Of a DNA stretch of 18,352 nucleotides, positions 8,785 through 17,244 are shown piece after piece. Under the pieces are notes generated by a model that made no database searches, was not told the DNA's origin, and saw only the letters and a program-made list of their open reading frames with translations. The first letter of the stretch is position 1. Each line of letters begins with the position of its first letter. The stretch comes from Bdellovibrionota bacterium (GTDB lineage: Bacteria; Bdellovibrionota_C; UBA2361; JBGSMV01), in contig JBIKWF010000091.1 in the NCBI GenBank assembly GCA_044356455.1, positions 1-18,352 on the forward strand, written 5' to 3'. Made by a program: the position numbers and the translations under genes.

Positions 8785-10020
8785 TTGGTTACAATCGCTC
8801 AAAATGGAGTCCTTACGCGCGCTGCTGCTAGTGCGAGATCGCTCCTCGATGCCGTCTTACCCAGCCAAAAATCCTCCCCTGCCTCTCCGCACGCGGAGAT
8901 TGACCAACTCGCGATGCCTGCCGCTGTAGTTAAGAGTGTAGCGACCCTTCATCCCTACTTGCCATCCGACATTGGTCCTTTGGTGGCCAAAGACTTCGCA
9001 CTTGAGTCTCGACTTCTATCGCTGCGCACAAAGTGTGAGATTGCGCTCTCTGCTGCGTCTGGATTCTTGGTGACAGGCATGATTCTTAACCCCGCTAGTC
9101 TCACGTCGCCGAGCTTGACGGGCTTCTTGATGAGCAACGGCGTTGCAGCCGCCACAGGAGTTGGAATGTGGCTCATGCGAAGAGAATTTGGGCAAAGTCA
9201 TGCATGAGCTGCCAAAGTTCTCGGCAAAAGAAACTTTGAGAGAAACCCTGAGTATTATTCCGCTACCGATGCCTTGGGCGCCGCCGAAACCTCTCCCCAG
9301 GGCTCTCTTCAACAAATGATCGCTCTTAGGCATGCCCTCACGCATGTCCCCCTACAGTACGGAGAAGAGAGTACTCGACTTGCTGCAAAAATTCTTGCCA
9401 AGGCCGAGGTAGCATTTCCTGGATCGTTGATGCACATGGATGCAACTCTCGCGCTGATTCATGCTACTCATCCCTCTATGGACCGAAGCAGTCTTGCGCT
9501 ACTTTCAAGAAACTTGCTCGAGTTCGCCCAGCGGCGAAATGATATCTTTGAGCGGACAGAGAATCGCTATTTCCGCAAAGACGAAGCCGATCGCTTGGCG
9601 GTGCTACACTCTGCATCAAGTGCCTTTGCTATCAGCCTTTTTCGCATGAAGTTCGAGGATCCTCGGGCAAAGTGCGATTCACTCAACTTGGTTCGAAACC
9701 TTTTGGATAAAGCGGTCGACCCCAGTAGGAAAGATTCTGTACTGAATCTGCTGAGAGAAAACTGTATTGAAGCCTACCTTGGTTATATTTCAGATATCCC
9801 AAGCCCAGCCGACAAGCTTCTGTATCTTAAGGAAGCCGCTGCAATCCCTGGTCTAGAGAAAGACCAGAAGAAAGTGATCTCAGCTCTCGTAGAAAGTATT
9901 CGAGATGCAAAACAATTTACCGCGGCAGAATCAATTGAAGCACAAGATCTCCTTGGTGCGCTTGTCTTTGAGGACCGCGGTCAAAAGGCTCCTGCGAAGG
10001 AACTAAGAAAAGCTGCTTAA
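8785..10020 (+). pseudogene. Hypothetical membrane protein reading frame interrupted by an in-frame TGA at 9205-9207
   Basis: ORFs 8749..9207 and 9274..10020 share a frame, and the linker reads through without another stop (...FGQSHA*AAKVLGKRNFERNPEYYSATDALGAAETS...). Probable start TTG 8785 after GAGGTG (8771-8776). Two hydrophobic segments lie just before the TGA. Confidence 0.6.
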
Positions 10021-10067
10021 TATCTGTCCCTTAGAGAAGCTCATTACCGTTCACGTTCTGCTACGGA

Positions 10068-10184
10068 CTAGGAGTATGTCCCGTAGAAAAATAAATCCTC
10101 ATTTTGGACACAATCCCTAGGGGGGCTGTCCCGTTGCCACCACAACATGCAGTGGTAGAATTTTTCTACGGGACAGACTCCTCG
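10068..10184. mobile_element. MITE-like element, copy 2 (core 10072-10180), same orientation as copy 1
   Basis: CTAG-GAGTATGTCCCGTAGAAAA...TTTTCTACGGGACAGACTC-CTCG. Differs from copy 1 by a few substitutions and 3 fewer nt around the G-run. Overlaps the 3' end of the minus-strand glycosyltransferase. Confidence 0.8.
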
Positions 10185-12115
10185 CGTTGCACTACATTCC
10201 CTTGGTATCCCTTTCCTACCCTCAGAAAGTAACTCCCCACCGCACTACCGCGAATAGTAAGAGGAACTTCCTCTAGAGGCCCAAGACTCTTGAAGTATGG
10301 CGCCAGCGCCTCATCAGAAACATCTGTTCTCGTGCGACTTACCATCAGAACGCTTCTTCCAAGATAGCGTTCTGGGTTTGTCCAAAAATAGTACATGAGG
10401 CTATACGCGCCTAGAAGGCTGCGCCCCTGTGATGGTTCTGGGAACGGAAGTCCTCTAAGTCTTGAGTTTCGCGCACGATAGAACCCCACTTGTGACCCGA
10501 CGTAGTGCGAATCGGCGCCCATCACCACAGGCCAGGCTCCTGTCTCTTGATGAATAAGTTGCTCCTTCGCAAGAACGGCAGATCCTAGTTCATTCCAGCC
10601 TAAAAACTTCTTCATTGCCTTTCCATACGGCACACCAGGAATACCGATACCGAGGTATACGAGTACCGAATGCAAGAGCAGGAAACACACGAGCAGTGTG
10701 ACGCCCCAAAGTCGTTGGATTCGGTGTAAGGCACGTTGGCCTGCAGGCATAAGGGTTTCATCTGGCACTAACACCAATCCCAAGAGCGGTACCAGCGGAA
10801 TAAGCGCAGGACCTATCCAGTTCACTTTAATCTCTTGAGAGAGGCTGGCGTAAAGAAAAACCGCCACAGGAACAAAAGCAAAGAGCCCTACAAAGAGCTT
10901 GAGCCTGCGATTTACCCTCAGCAGCGGCGCAACTCCCGTTTTTTCCCTTAACCATTCGGGCCCAAACTGTGCAGCGACAAACCAGGCGCCAACAGGAGTA
11001 AGGAGGAGAAGAAAGAAACCTATCAGTAAATGCGTACTTAGCTCTGGTTTCGCATCAAATCTTCGAGGCCCTTGGAAGGCGAAGGAGGCCCACTCATGGT
11101 TTGAATTCCACAGCAGCACGGGACTAAAGATAAGAAGGGCAAGGAGCGCAGCAGCATAAGGCTGGGGCTTTAAGAACCAGTGCCGTGATTCTTTATCGAG
11201 GAGCATGAAAAGAAGTATTGGTGGGCCAAGGAGCACCATAGGATATTTAGAGAGCATACCTAAACCAAGGCATATCCCGACTCCGTACCACGCGCCTGAG
11301 CGCTGACGCAGAAGAGCGCGATGTAAGAAATAAAGCGCTCCGGCCCAGCAGGCGACGAGAGGCGCATCTGGCGTTATGAAGAATCCCATCGCTGAATGAA
11401 ACGGAAGCAGGGATAGGAGCAGGATTGATAAAAGTGCGACTTTCTGATCGAACCATTCACTCGCAAGACGTGCGGTGAAGTACACCATCACGATCCAACA
11501 AAACATGGCGCCGCAGCGCGCGCCAAATTCATTGACACCAAAAGCGGCTTGTCCAAGAGCGATGAGGAGCGCTACCGCGGGGGGATGATCAAGGTAGCCA
11601 ATATCGAGGTTCTCCGCATACTTCCAATAATAGGCCTCCTGAGACATCAAATTAAGCAGAGGCATGTAGAGAAGTCTAAGTAGCAAAAGAGCTACTACCA
11701 CAAAGGGAGCAGAGCGAAGAATGGCAACTCCAGGCTCTTCCTTGGCGCGCGCCAGTGCAGGAGACGCATGTGCCCCCGTATAGAGCATCACCACGAACGT
11801 CGCCGAGGAGGCCAGAATGGGAAAAAGCTGCGCACCCGCCCAATACTCAAGGTATACCGCCTCAACTCCTGCACCCAATGCCAAAGCGGCAGTGCCAACT
11901 CCAATGACCCACCACCAAGGACCCAAAGGCGCTATTTCGTTCGCCTCGCGAGAAAGAAGCTTTGGCGTGAGCAGCACAAAGGCAAATAAAAGTGCCAATC
12001 CTGGCAACTGCGTCGATTGCAGGCTAAGCCCAGCTGAGGAGAGAGTAAGCCGAGCAATTACATGCAGGGCTGCCCCTACTAGTAATATTAGCCGGAAGTG
12101 GGGCTGCACACTCAT
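10166..12115 (-). CDS. ArnT/PMT-like GT-C integral membrane glycosyltransferase (GT39/GT83, PMT_2 type)
   Basis: Motif QEAYYWKYAENLDIGYLDHPP, FGVNEFGAR, TPDAPL, GLGMLSKY, FSPVLLWN..HEWASF.FQ. Many transmembrane segments. Confidence 0.88.
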   Translation of the reverse strand: MSVQPHFRLILLVGAALHVIARLTLSSAGLSLQSTQLPGLALLFAFVLLTPKLLSREANEIAPLGPWWWVIGVGTAALALGAGVEAVYLEYWAGAQLFPILASSATFVVMLYTGAHASPALARAKEEPGVAILRSAPFVVVALLLLRLLYMPLLNLMSQEAYYWKYAENLDIGYLDHPPAVALLIALGQAAFGVNEFGARCGAMFCWIVMVYFTARLASEWFDQKVALLSILLLSLLPFHSAMGFFITPDAPLVACWAGALYFLHRALLRQRSGAWYGVGICLGLGMLSKYPMVLLGPPILLFMLLDKESRHWFLKPQPYAAALLALLIFSPVLLWNSNHEWASFAFQGPRRFDAKPELSTHLLIGFFLLLLTPVGAWFVAAQFGPEWLREKTGVAPLLRVNRRLKLFVGLFAFVPVAVFLYASLSQEIKVNWIGPALIPLVPLLGLVLVPDETLMPAGQRALHRIQRLWGVTLLVCFLLLHSVLVYLGIGIPGVPYGKAMKKFLGWNELGSAVLAKEQLIHQETGAWPVVMGADSHYVGSQVGFYRARNSRLRGLPFPEPSQGRSLLGAYSLMYYFWTNPERYLGRSVLMVSRTRTDVSDEALAPYFKSLGPLEEVPLTIRGSAVGSYFLRVGKGYQGNVVQREESVP

Positions 12116-12305
12116 GGGTAAATGGCCTTAAGAAATTCGCGCAAACATTCTCTCTATAGCGCGAGTAGAGGCCACTGACGAGAGCCGGTACTCGTTAAAG
12201 GCTTTTGGAGAAACGCGGTTCTCTCCTCCCCCTCTTGGCGCTGGATTCGATTCGCTTGAAATCAATTCACCAAGGATGCCTTTTAGGGTGCCACCAAGTA
12301 TGCCA

Positions 12306-13583
12306 CTAAAAGTGATTGCCGACGGATTTTTTTTCTGAAGAATCATTCCTAGAATTGAGAAAGGCCTGCGCCGCCTCGACTACCCTCTCTTCGCCTATAG
12401 CTTGGAGACACTTATTATCTTTGCATAGCGTGTGACGGTGATTGTGAGCCGAGAGACAGGGACTGCAAGAATAATTAGCCCAAATATTAAGCTTGTTCTC
12501 TCCCATGGCTCCATAGAGCGCAGGTGTCTCTGGACCAAAAAGGGCAATTGATTTGATATCAGTGAGAGCTGCAAAATGTGCAGGACCACTATCATTAGTA
12601 ATCAGCAGCTCAGCCTGAGTGAAAAGCGCGACTACTTCGCGCAGCACCTTTGTCTTACCGGTAAGGTCAAGGCAGCGCTCAAGGGGGAGTCCTGCCAGTA
12701 TAGCGTCTGCATACGGTTTCGAGCGTTTTAGTCCAATCACCGCGCAAAAAAGGCCCTCGTTGATAGCCATGAGCTGCTGCAATGCAGAGACATAGCGCTC
12801 CATTGGCCATCCACGAATGGGAAGCGCATCTCCCGGATCAGGATTTACCACTAAAATGCGATCCCCGGGTTTCACGCGAGGATTAATGGATTGAAGTAAT
12901 CTCCAAAGTTCCTGGTGCTCACTATCAGTAGCTCTATAGCGCGGAAGCGGCACCCGAAGAGGGTTGAGATCCATCTTTAGAAGCGGAATGTCTTTTGGAT
13001 CACTGCCTGCGGCACACACGAGCGCCAGGAAATTAAGCTCCATGTGTTGATGGGGATTATAAAAAACACGGTGGGTAAGAAACCGTCCGCGAAACAACCC
13101 CTCTGCCGTGTAGTTATCAAAACCAATGCGCCGCTCCGAGCCGCTAAGAAAGGAGAGAATTGAGGTAAAACGGGAGAAAAGCTCAAGGTCTATTACCGTA
13201 TCAATCTTGAGAGCTCGAACTCGTAGAAGTGCATGGAGCGTAGACCACACAAGGCTCAGAAAATTGCTCTCATCAATTAGTATAAGATTCTTTTCTGGAA
13301 TCACCCCTAGAAGAGAAACGCTCTCCTTATTCTTGGAGAATACCATGAAGAAGAGTTCACTCCCTGGGTAGCGTAGCTCAGCTTGCCGGAGCGCTGAATG
13401 AGCAATTATTGCGCTGCCCATCTCGCTAAGTTCAAGAAACAGAATTCTCTTGGGAACAGTTGCTGCTGGAACTCGGCCAAAGAGAGCCTTGAGAACGGAG
13501 GCAAACCAGTGCCAGAGGGTCAGTACCACGCAGATGGGAATCCCGGCCCAATAGTCGATTATTTGTGTGGTGCGAACGCGCAT
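12306..13583 (-). CDS. Glycosyltransferase family 9 (ADP-heptose:LPS heptosyltransferase-like)
   Basis: RILFLELSEMGSAII, IDTVIDLE, RRIGF, DLTGKT..LRE..AL...AELLITNDSGPAHFAA...IALFGPETP, C-terminal CSPC...C..NKCLQAI. Confidence 0.9.
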   Translation of the reverse strand: MRVRTTQIIDYWAGIPICVVLTLWHWFASVLKALFGRVPAATVPKRILFLELSEMGSAIIAHSALRQAELRYPGSELFFMVFSKNKESVSLLGVIPEKNLILIDESNFLSLVWSTLHALLRVRALKIDTVIDLELFSRFTSILSFLSGSERRIGFDNYTAEGLFRGRFLTHRVFYNPHQHMELNFLALVCAAGSDPKDIPLLKMDLNPLRVPLPRYRATDSEHQELWRLLQSINPRVKPGDRILVVNPDPGDALPIRGWPMERYVSALQQLMAINEGLFCAVIGLKRSKPYADAILAGLPLERCLDLTGKTKVLREVVALFTQAELLITNDSGPAHFAALTDIKSIALFGPETPALYGAMGENKLNIWANYSCSPCLSAHNHRHTLCKDNKCLQAIGEERVVEAAQAFLNSRNDSSEKKSVGNHF

Positions 13584-13909
13584 AGGTAAGCAGTCCTTGA
13601 GTGGCCAAAAGGGTCCGCCATCATACCCAAGACGGGCAACTATGGCACACAGCCTCCTATCCAGCTAACCCCCTAGAATTACAGAGACTAGTGGAGCCCT
13701 CTCTCATCTAGAAACTGCGCAAGTGCATACGAACCGCATGTAGCTTAGAACAAACCGCGGGCGCAGAATTGCATTCCAACTCCTAGGTAGCCTCTGAAAA
13801 ATTTCGTTCTCTCCTTCGTGTCCTTCGCGTTAAAATTGCCTTACAATTCTTAATGGAATTTGCAACTCACCACACTAAATGCGGCAATCTCCCGCAAAGC
13901 GATTATCAT

Positions 13910-14869
13910 ATGCTACATCCAACAGACCCCACCGAGCTCCTTGAGTTTTCCTCTCTTATTGATCCGAACCTTTTTCAGCCATGCGCAGTCCCCGTTGAAG
14001 GGGTACTTCAAACTATTCCTCTCAGTTGGGAACTTCAGTCATCTCACGAAGGCCCTCGCACCGTTCTGTTTGGCGGAATTCACGGCAACGAGTGGTGCGG
14101 CGTGCATGCGCTTCGATTTCTTATGAGGGAGTTTTCAGAAAGAAGACTGCAACTCAGCAAGGGCTCTCTCGTGCTCGCCATTGGAAATGCCGAGGCACTG
14201 CAGCGAAAAGTTCGCTACGTTGGCGAGAACATGAATAGGCAGTTTCATTTATCGCAGGCCCCTAAGGGAACGGACTACGAAAAAAGGCGCGTTGAAGAAC
14301 TTAAAGCGATCTTGCACTCTAAGATTACCCTTCTACTTGATCTCCACGCTACATCCGCCCCCTCTATCCCCTACGCCATGATTGAGCGCCCCTTCCTTGA
14401 ACGCTCCCAAGATCTTCAATTCGAAACCATTGTCACGGGATGGGGAGAGCTAGGTGATGCTTCAGTTGCGGGAGATACCCAAACTTTTGCAGAGTCTCTC
14501 GGAGCATGGGGAATTACCATGGAAAATGGGCAGCTCAGCAGTCCTTCCTCAACGGACTCCGCGATTGCAACCTCTCTTCGCGTGCTTTCTCGCATGGGAG
14601 TCGAGGGATGTCCGAAGCTAGAGCCTCGGCGCTCTGTAATTTACGAAATGACCGAAGTATATCAGCAAAAACGGAATAGTTTTCGCTACGAGAAGCCCTT
14701 CTCAAATCTTGAGAAGCTCGAACGTGGACAGCTTATAGGCGCGGATGAACTCGAACAATTTTTTGCTCCTCGCGACTATGATGCGGTCATGATTCTCCCG
14801 GGAACCCCCGGACCCGGACTAAAGCCTGGAGAGAACCTCTTTCACTTTGGAAGGCGACTCCCCTCTTAA
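13910..14869 (+). CDS. Succinylglutamate desuccinylase/aspartoacylase family (M14-like) Zn hydrolase
   Basis: FGGIHGNE (HxxE), IGN..A.....RY...NMNRQF, LLDLHAT, ITMENG. Start is ATG 13910 or the upstream ATG 13853. Confidence 0.87.
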   Translation: MLHPTDPTELLEFSSLIDPNLFQPCAVPVEGVLQTIPLSWELQSSHEGPRTVLFGGIHGNEWCGVHALRFLMREFSERRLQLSKGSLVLAIGNAEALQRKVRYVGENMNRQFHLSQAPKGTDYEKRRVEELKAILHSKITLLLDLHATSAPSIPYAMIERPFLERSQDLQFETIVTGWGELGDASVAGDTQTFAESLGAWGITMENGQLSSPSSTDSAIATSLRVLSRMGVEGCPKLEPRRSVIYEMTEVYQQKRNSFRYEKPFSNLEKLERGQLIGADELEQFFAPRDYDAVMILPGTPGPGLKPGENLFHFGRRLPS

Positions 14870-14887
14870 AAGACCATACCCTCTTAG

Positions 14888-15085
14888 TGGTCTCTGTGTC
14901 GCCGCTGGGAGAGCACCAAGAACTCGCTCCAGCATTATCGCCGAAGAACTCCAGAGCAGACGCAGCTCTACCGCGTTGTCTATCACGGACGAGACGAGCT
15001 ACCTCGAGTCTGGGAAGAGCGCTTTCAGGAAACCTATGGCGTGCTTCGTGACGAGGCCTTAACCACATTCGATGAGTATCTGGAG
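14888..15085 (+). pseudogene. Truncated IS91/ISCR-family rolling-circle transposase N-terminal fragment
   Basis: The frame upstream of ORF 15041 reads QHYRRRTPEQTQLYRVVYHGRDELPRVWEERFQETYGVLRDEALTTFDEYLE. This resembles the IS91-family N-terminus (Y.RR.PEQT.LY..V...F..YL.CG) but breaks off just before the CG..GF zinc-binding motif. No ATG start. Confidence 0.72.
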
Positions 15086-15641
15086 ATTCCTAAGGCGGAT
15101 ACAGAGAAATTCCTTCTGCGAATCATGAAATCGATACCCCCATTCGGTAGTGCAGAGCATATTAAAAGCCATATGACGCTTCTCTCTCGCTTTGCAGAGC
15201 GAGAATCTCCGATTGATATCCATCGCTGGAGTTTCTTCCACTCCTGCGGCTCAGGCACATATTTTCGATGTTGCTCTAGGTGCCACAGAAACTATTTCTG
15301 ATAAAAATATAAAAAACTTCCGTACTGCTTATAATTATATCGAGCCCGCCTGTGAACAACTGAAGTTATACGGCGAAGCGCTGGAAAGCGGAGATCTCTC
15401 TGCAAACTTTGCGACTTGGAATTCCGGTATACAGCGGTTGCATCGAGTTGTGGAAGATTTGTCGGAATTTGCTGAGCAGATGAGCAAAGGCGTACATGAA
15501 TGTAGTATCTGGAATAAAGGTCAGAAAGCAGCGCCCGATCAGTGGGGAACCCTCGGGCGCTGCTTTAAATTCACTGTTGAGCAATTACATATCTCATGCT
15601 CGGATGAAGTTCAAACTTCTGACAGCATCCAGGGAGATGTT

Positions 15642-16892
15642 ATGCATAGAGGCTTTGTAATATTCAGTATCTGTTTCTCTCTGATATCAATATTTATGGG
15701 AGTGAAAGCAACTGCGCAGGTTGCAGTGTCTACTCTTGTCACTGAGAATATTAGTGCCCCTTTATGCTTAATGTCCGTAAAGGAGTTTCCGAATCTACTT
15801 GGGAGTAGCATTTCTAACTATAACTCAGGCGCAGATTCGAGCGAGCTGGTTTATAATGGGATCACTCCCGGCCTAGGACTGGATATTCTCGGAATCAGCT
15901 TTGCGCACGTTTTAACTTCTATAGATGACAAGCCCATTGAAAATGACAGTTTATCGGAGGCGCTTGCGAGCCAGAGAGCTTTCCGTTTGGCTGGTTTCCT
16001 TGCGGACAAGAAATTTTTAAAGTTGGTATCTTTTCAGAAGAATCTCCCCTGCCCGAAGAAGTTCCAAGAGTTTTTGAATGAAAATAGAGCTGCTGTCGAG
16101 AGTAAGGCCCATTTAATTTCCGATACACTCCCCAAACTCTTTAGTAAAGGATCTGGGTTATGCGGCGGAACATTCGCTGCAAGCCGGGCGGTGGGAGAGC
16201 TGTTGCGAAAAACACCGAAGATAGGGGAGGTCCTTCGCCAGATCAGGTGCGGCCGAGATACTGTCATCCTGACACTTGCTTCACCCTCAGATGAGAAGAT
16301 TCTCGATACTCTTCAGTCACATATTAGTGGTGAAAAACTTTTCTGTTCGGCGGAATCAAGGAAAGAGGAGAATCGATTCGCTTTTGTCGACGGAATAAAG
16401 ACGCACAATGTTTACACAATTAAACTATGCGGGCAGGAGAAATCGGAAGAATCTGCACGCGCGGCAGCAATGGATCAGCCACTTCTGGCAAAGGCTCTCG
16501 TCGAGGATCTTCAAAGAATTGCTGGCGAGGATAACCTTACCACTAGCTGGTCGATGCAGGGCATCTTCAAAGGAGGAATCAGACGTACACCGATAAAGTT
16601 TACCCTGCAGCCTTTCGATCGACATCGTTTATATGGTCAGGGCTCTTCCCAATCAAACCAATCAGCACGCTTGATCGTAGGTCAGCTGGATGCAGACACT
16701 GATGGGAGTTCCATTCAGAAACTACCTCAACTACTTAGCATTTTTACCGATAGAAAAGGTGTTCAGTTCGAAAGTTTTGTTTTTCGGTTATCAAATCGAG
16801 CGGATATCAGTGTAAGGATGCTGTTCGCAGTTACTGATTCTGAGAAGGCCCTTGAGTCGCTCAATAAAAGTACTTCGGTAAAAATTAAGTGA
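15642..16892 (+). CDS. Exported hypothetical protein (signal peptide, possible degenerate PDZ-like segment)
   Basis: ATG 15642 follows AGGGAG. N-terminus MHRGFVIFSICFSLISIFMGVKATAQ is signal-peptide-like. GITPGLGLDILGISFAHVLTSIDDKPI resembles a PDZ segment. The ORF track extends it in-frame to 15192. Confidence 0.65.
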   Translation: MHRGFVIFSICFSLISIFMGVKATAQVAVSTLVTENISAPLCLMSVKEFPNLLGSSISNYNSGADSSELVYNGITPGLGLDILGISFAHVLTSIDDKPIENDSLSEALASQRAFRLAGFLADKKFLKLVSFQKNLPCPKKFQEFLNENRAAVESKAHLISDTLPKLFSKGSGLCGGTFAASRAVGELLRKTPKIGEVLRQIRCGRDTVILTLASPSDEKILDTLQSHISGEKLFCSAESRKEENRFAFVDGIKTHNVYTIKLCGQEKSEESARAAAMDQPLLAKALVEDLQRIAGEDNLTTSWSMQGIFKGGIRRTPIKFTLQPFDRHRLYGQGSSQSNQSARLIVGQLDADTDGSSIQKLPQLLSIFTDRKGVQFESFVFRLSNRADISVRMLFAVTDSEKALESLNKSTSVKIK

Positions 16893-16916
16893 CTCACTTT
16901 TACGCCGATGCTCTAG

Positions 16917-16988
16917 AGTATTGAGAGCAAAGGTCTCGCGGACAGTCCAAAAATACTGTTTCGCGAGCTTCAAGCGCTGAAACGGGGG
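16917..16988 (+). pseudogene. Possible tiny IS1634-like transposase C-terminal remnant
   Basis: Reads SIESKGLADSPKILFRELQALKRG, recalling the IS1634 C-terminal GLG.SPR.ILEEL..I.SG segment. The match is short and from memory only. Confidence 0.25.
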
Positions 16989-17124
16989 AGGCGACTCGCC
17001 ATTACGGTAGTTATCAAAAATGGTAACGCGGAGCACGGGAGGGACGCTACGAGAGGGACACTGCTGAGCAAACAAGAATTTCCCTTTTAGAGATTCCTTA
17101 GTTCTTGGTGTGTGCATACCACGC

Positions 17125-17230
17125 AGGTCCTCCTCTGGTGCACCCCAACTTATTCAGATTCAATTTGATTGTCAGACCGAGCAATTTAGAGACTTAGATT
17201 AAAAAGTTAGGGTGCACCAGAGGAGGACCT
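17125..17230. repeat. 106-bp element with ~30-bp terminal inverted repeats (second MITE-like family)
   Basis: AGGTCCTCCTCTGGTGCACCCCAACTTATT (17125-17154) is inverted at AAAAAGTTAGGGTGCACCAGAGGAGGACCT (17201-17230). The first 21 bp are perfect, with 2 mismatches in 30. The interior is AT-rich. Confidence 0.85.
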
Positions 17231-17244
17231 ATTAAGGCTTTTTC

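Noticed and set aside
9205..9240. Selenocysteine or genetic-code reassignment at the TGA
   Set aside because: Only a weak 4-bp stem follows, there is no redox-motif context, and TGA terminates other genes in the window.
12128..12346. 72-aa minus-strand ORF between the glycosyltransferases
   Set aside because: It overlaps the GT9 3' end, is short and has no recognisable features. It cannot be supported.
17143..17212. Integron attC site (CCCCAAC...GTTAGGG)
   Set aside because: The boxes deviate from RYYYAAC/GTTRRRY, there are no complementary inner L boxes, and the inverted repeat extends outside the putative R boxes. No integrase or other attC sites were seen.
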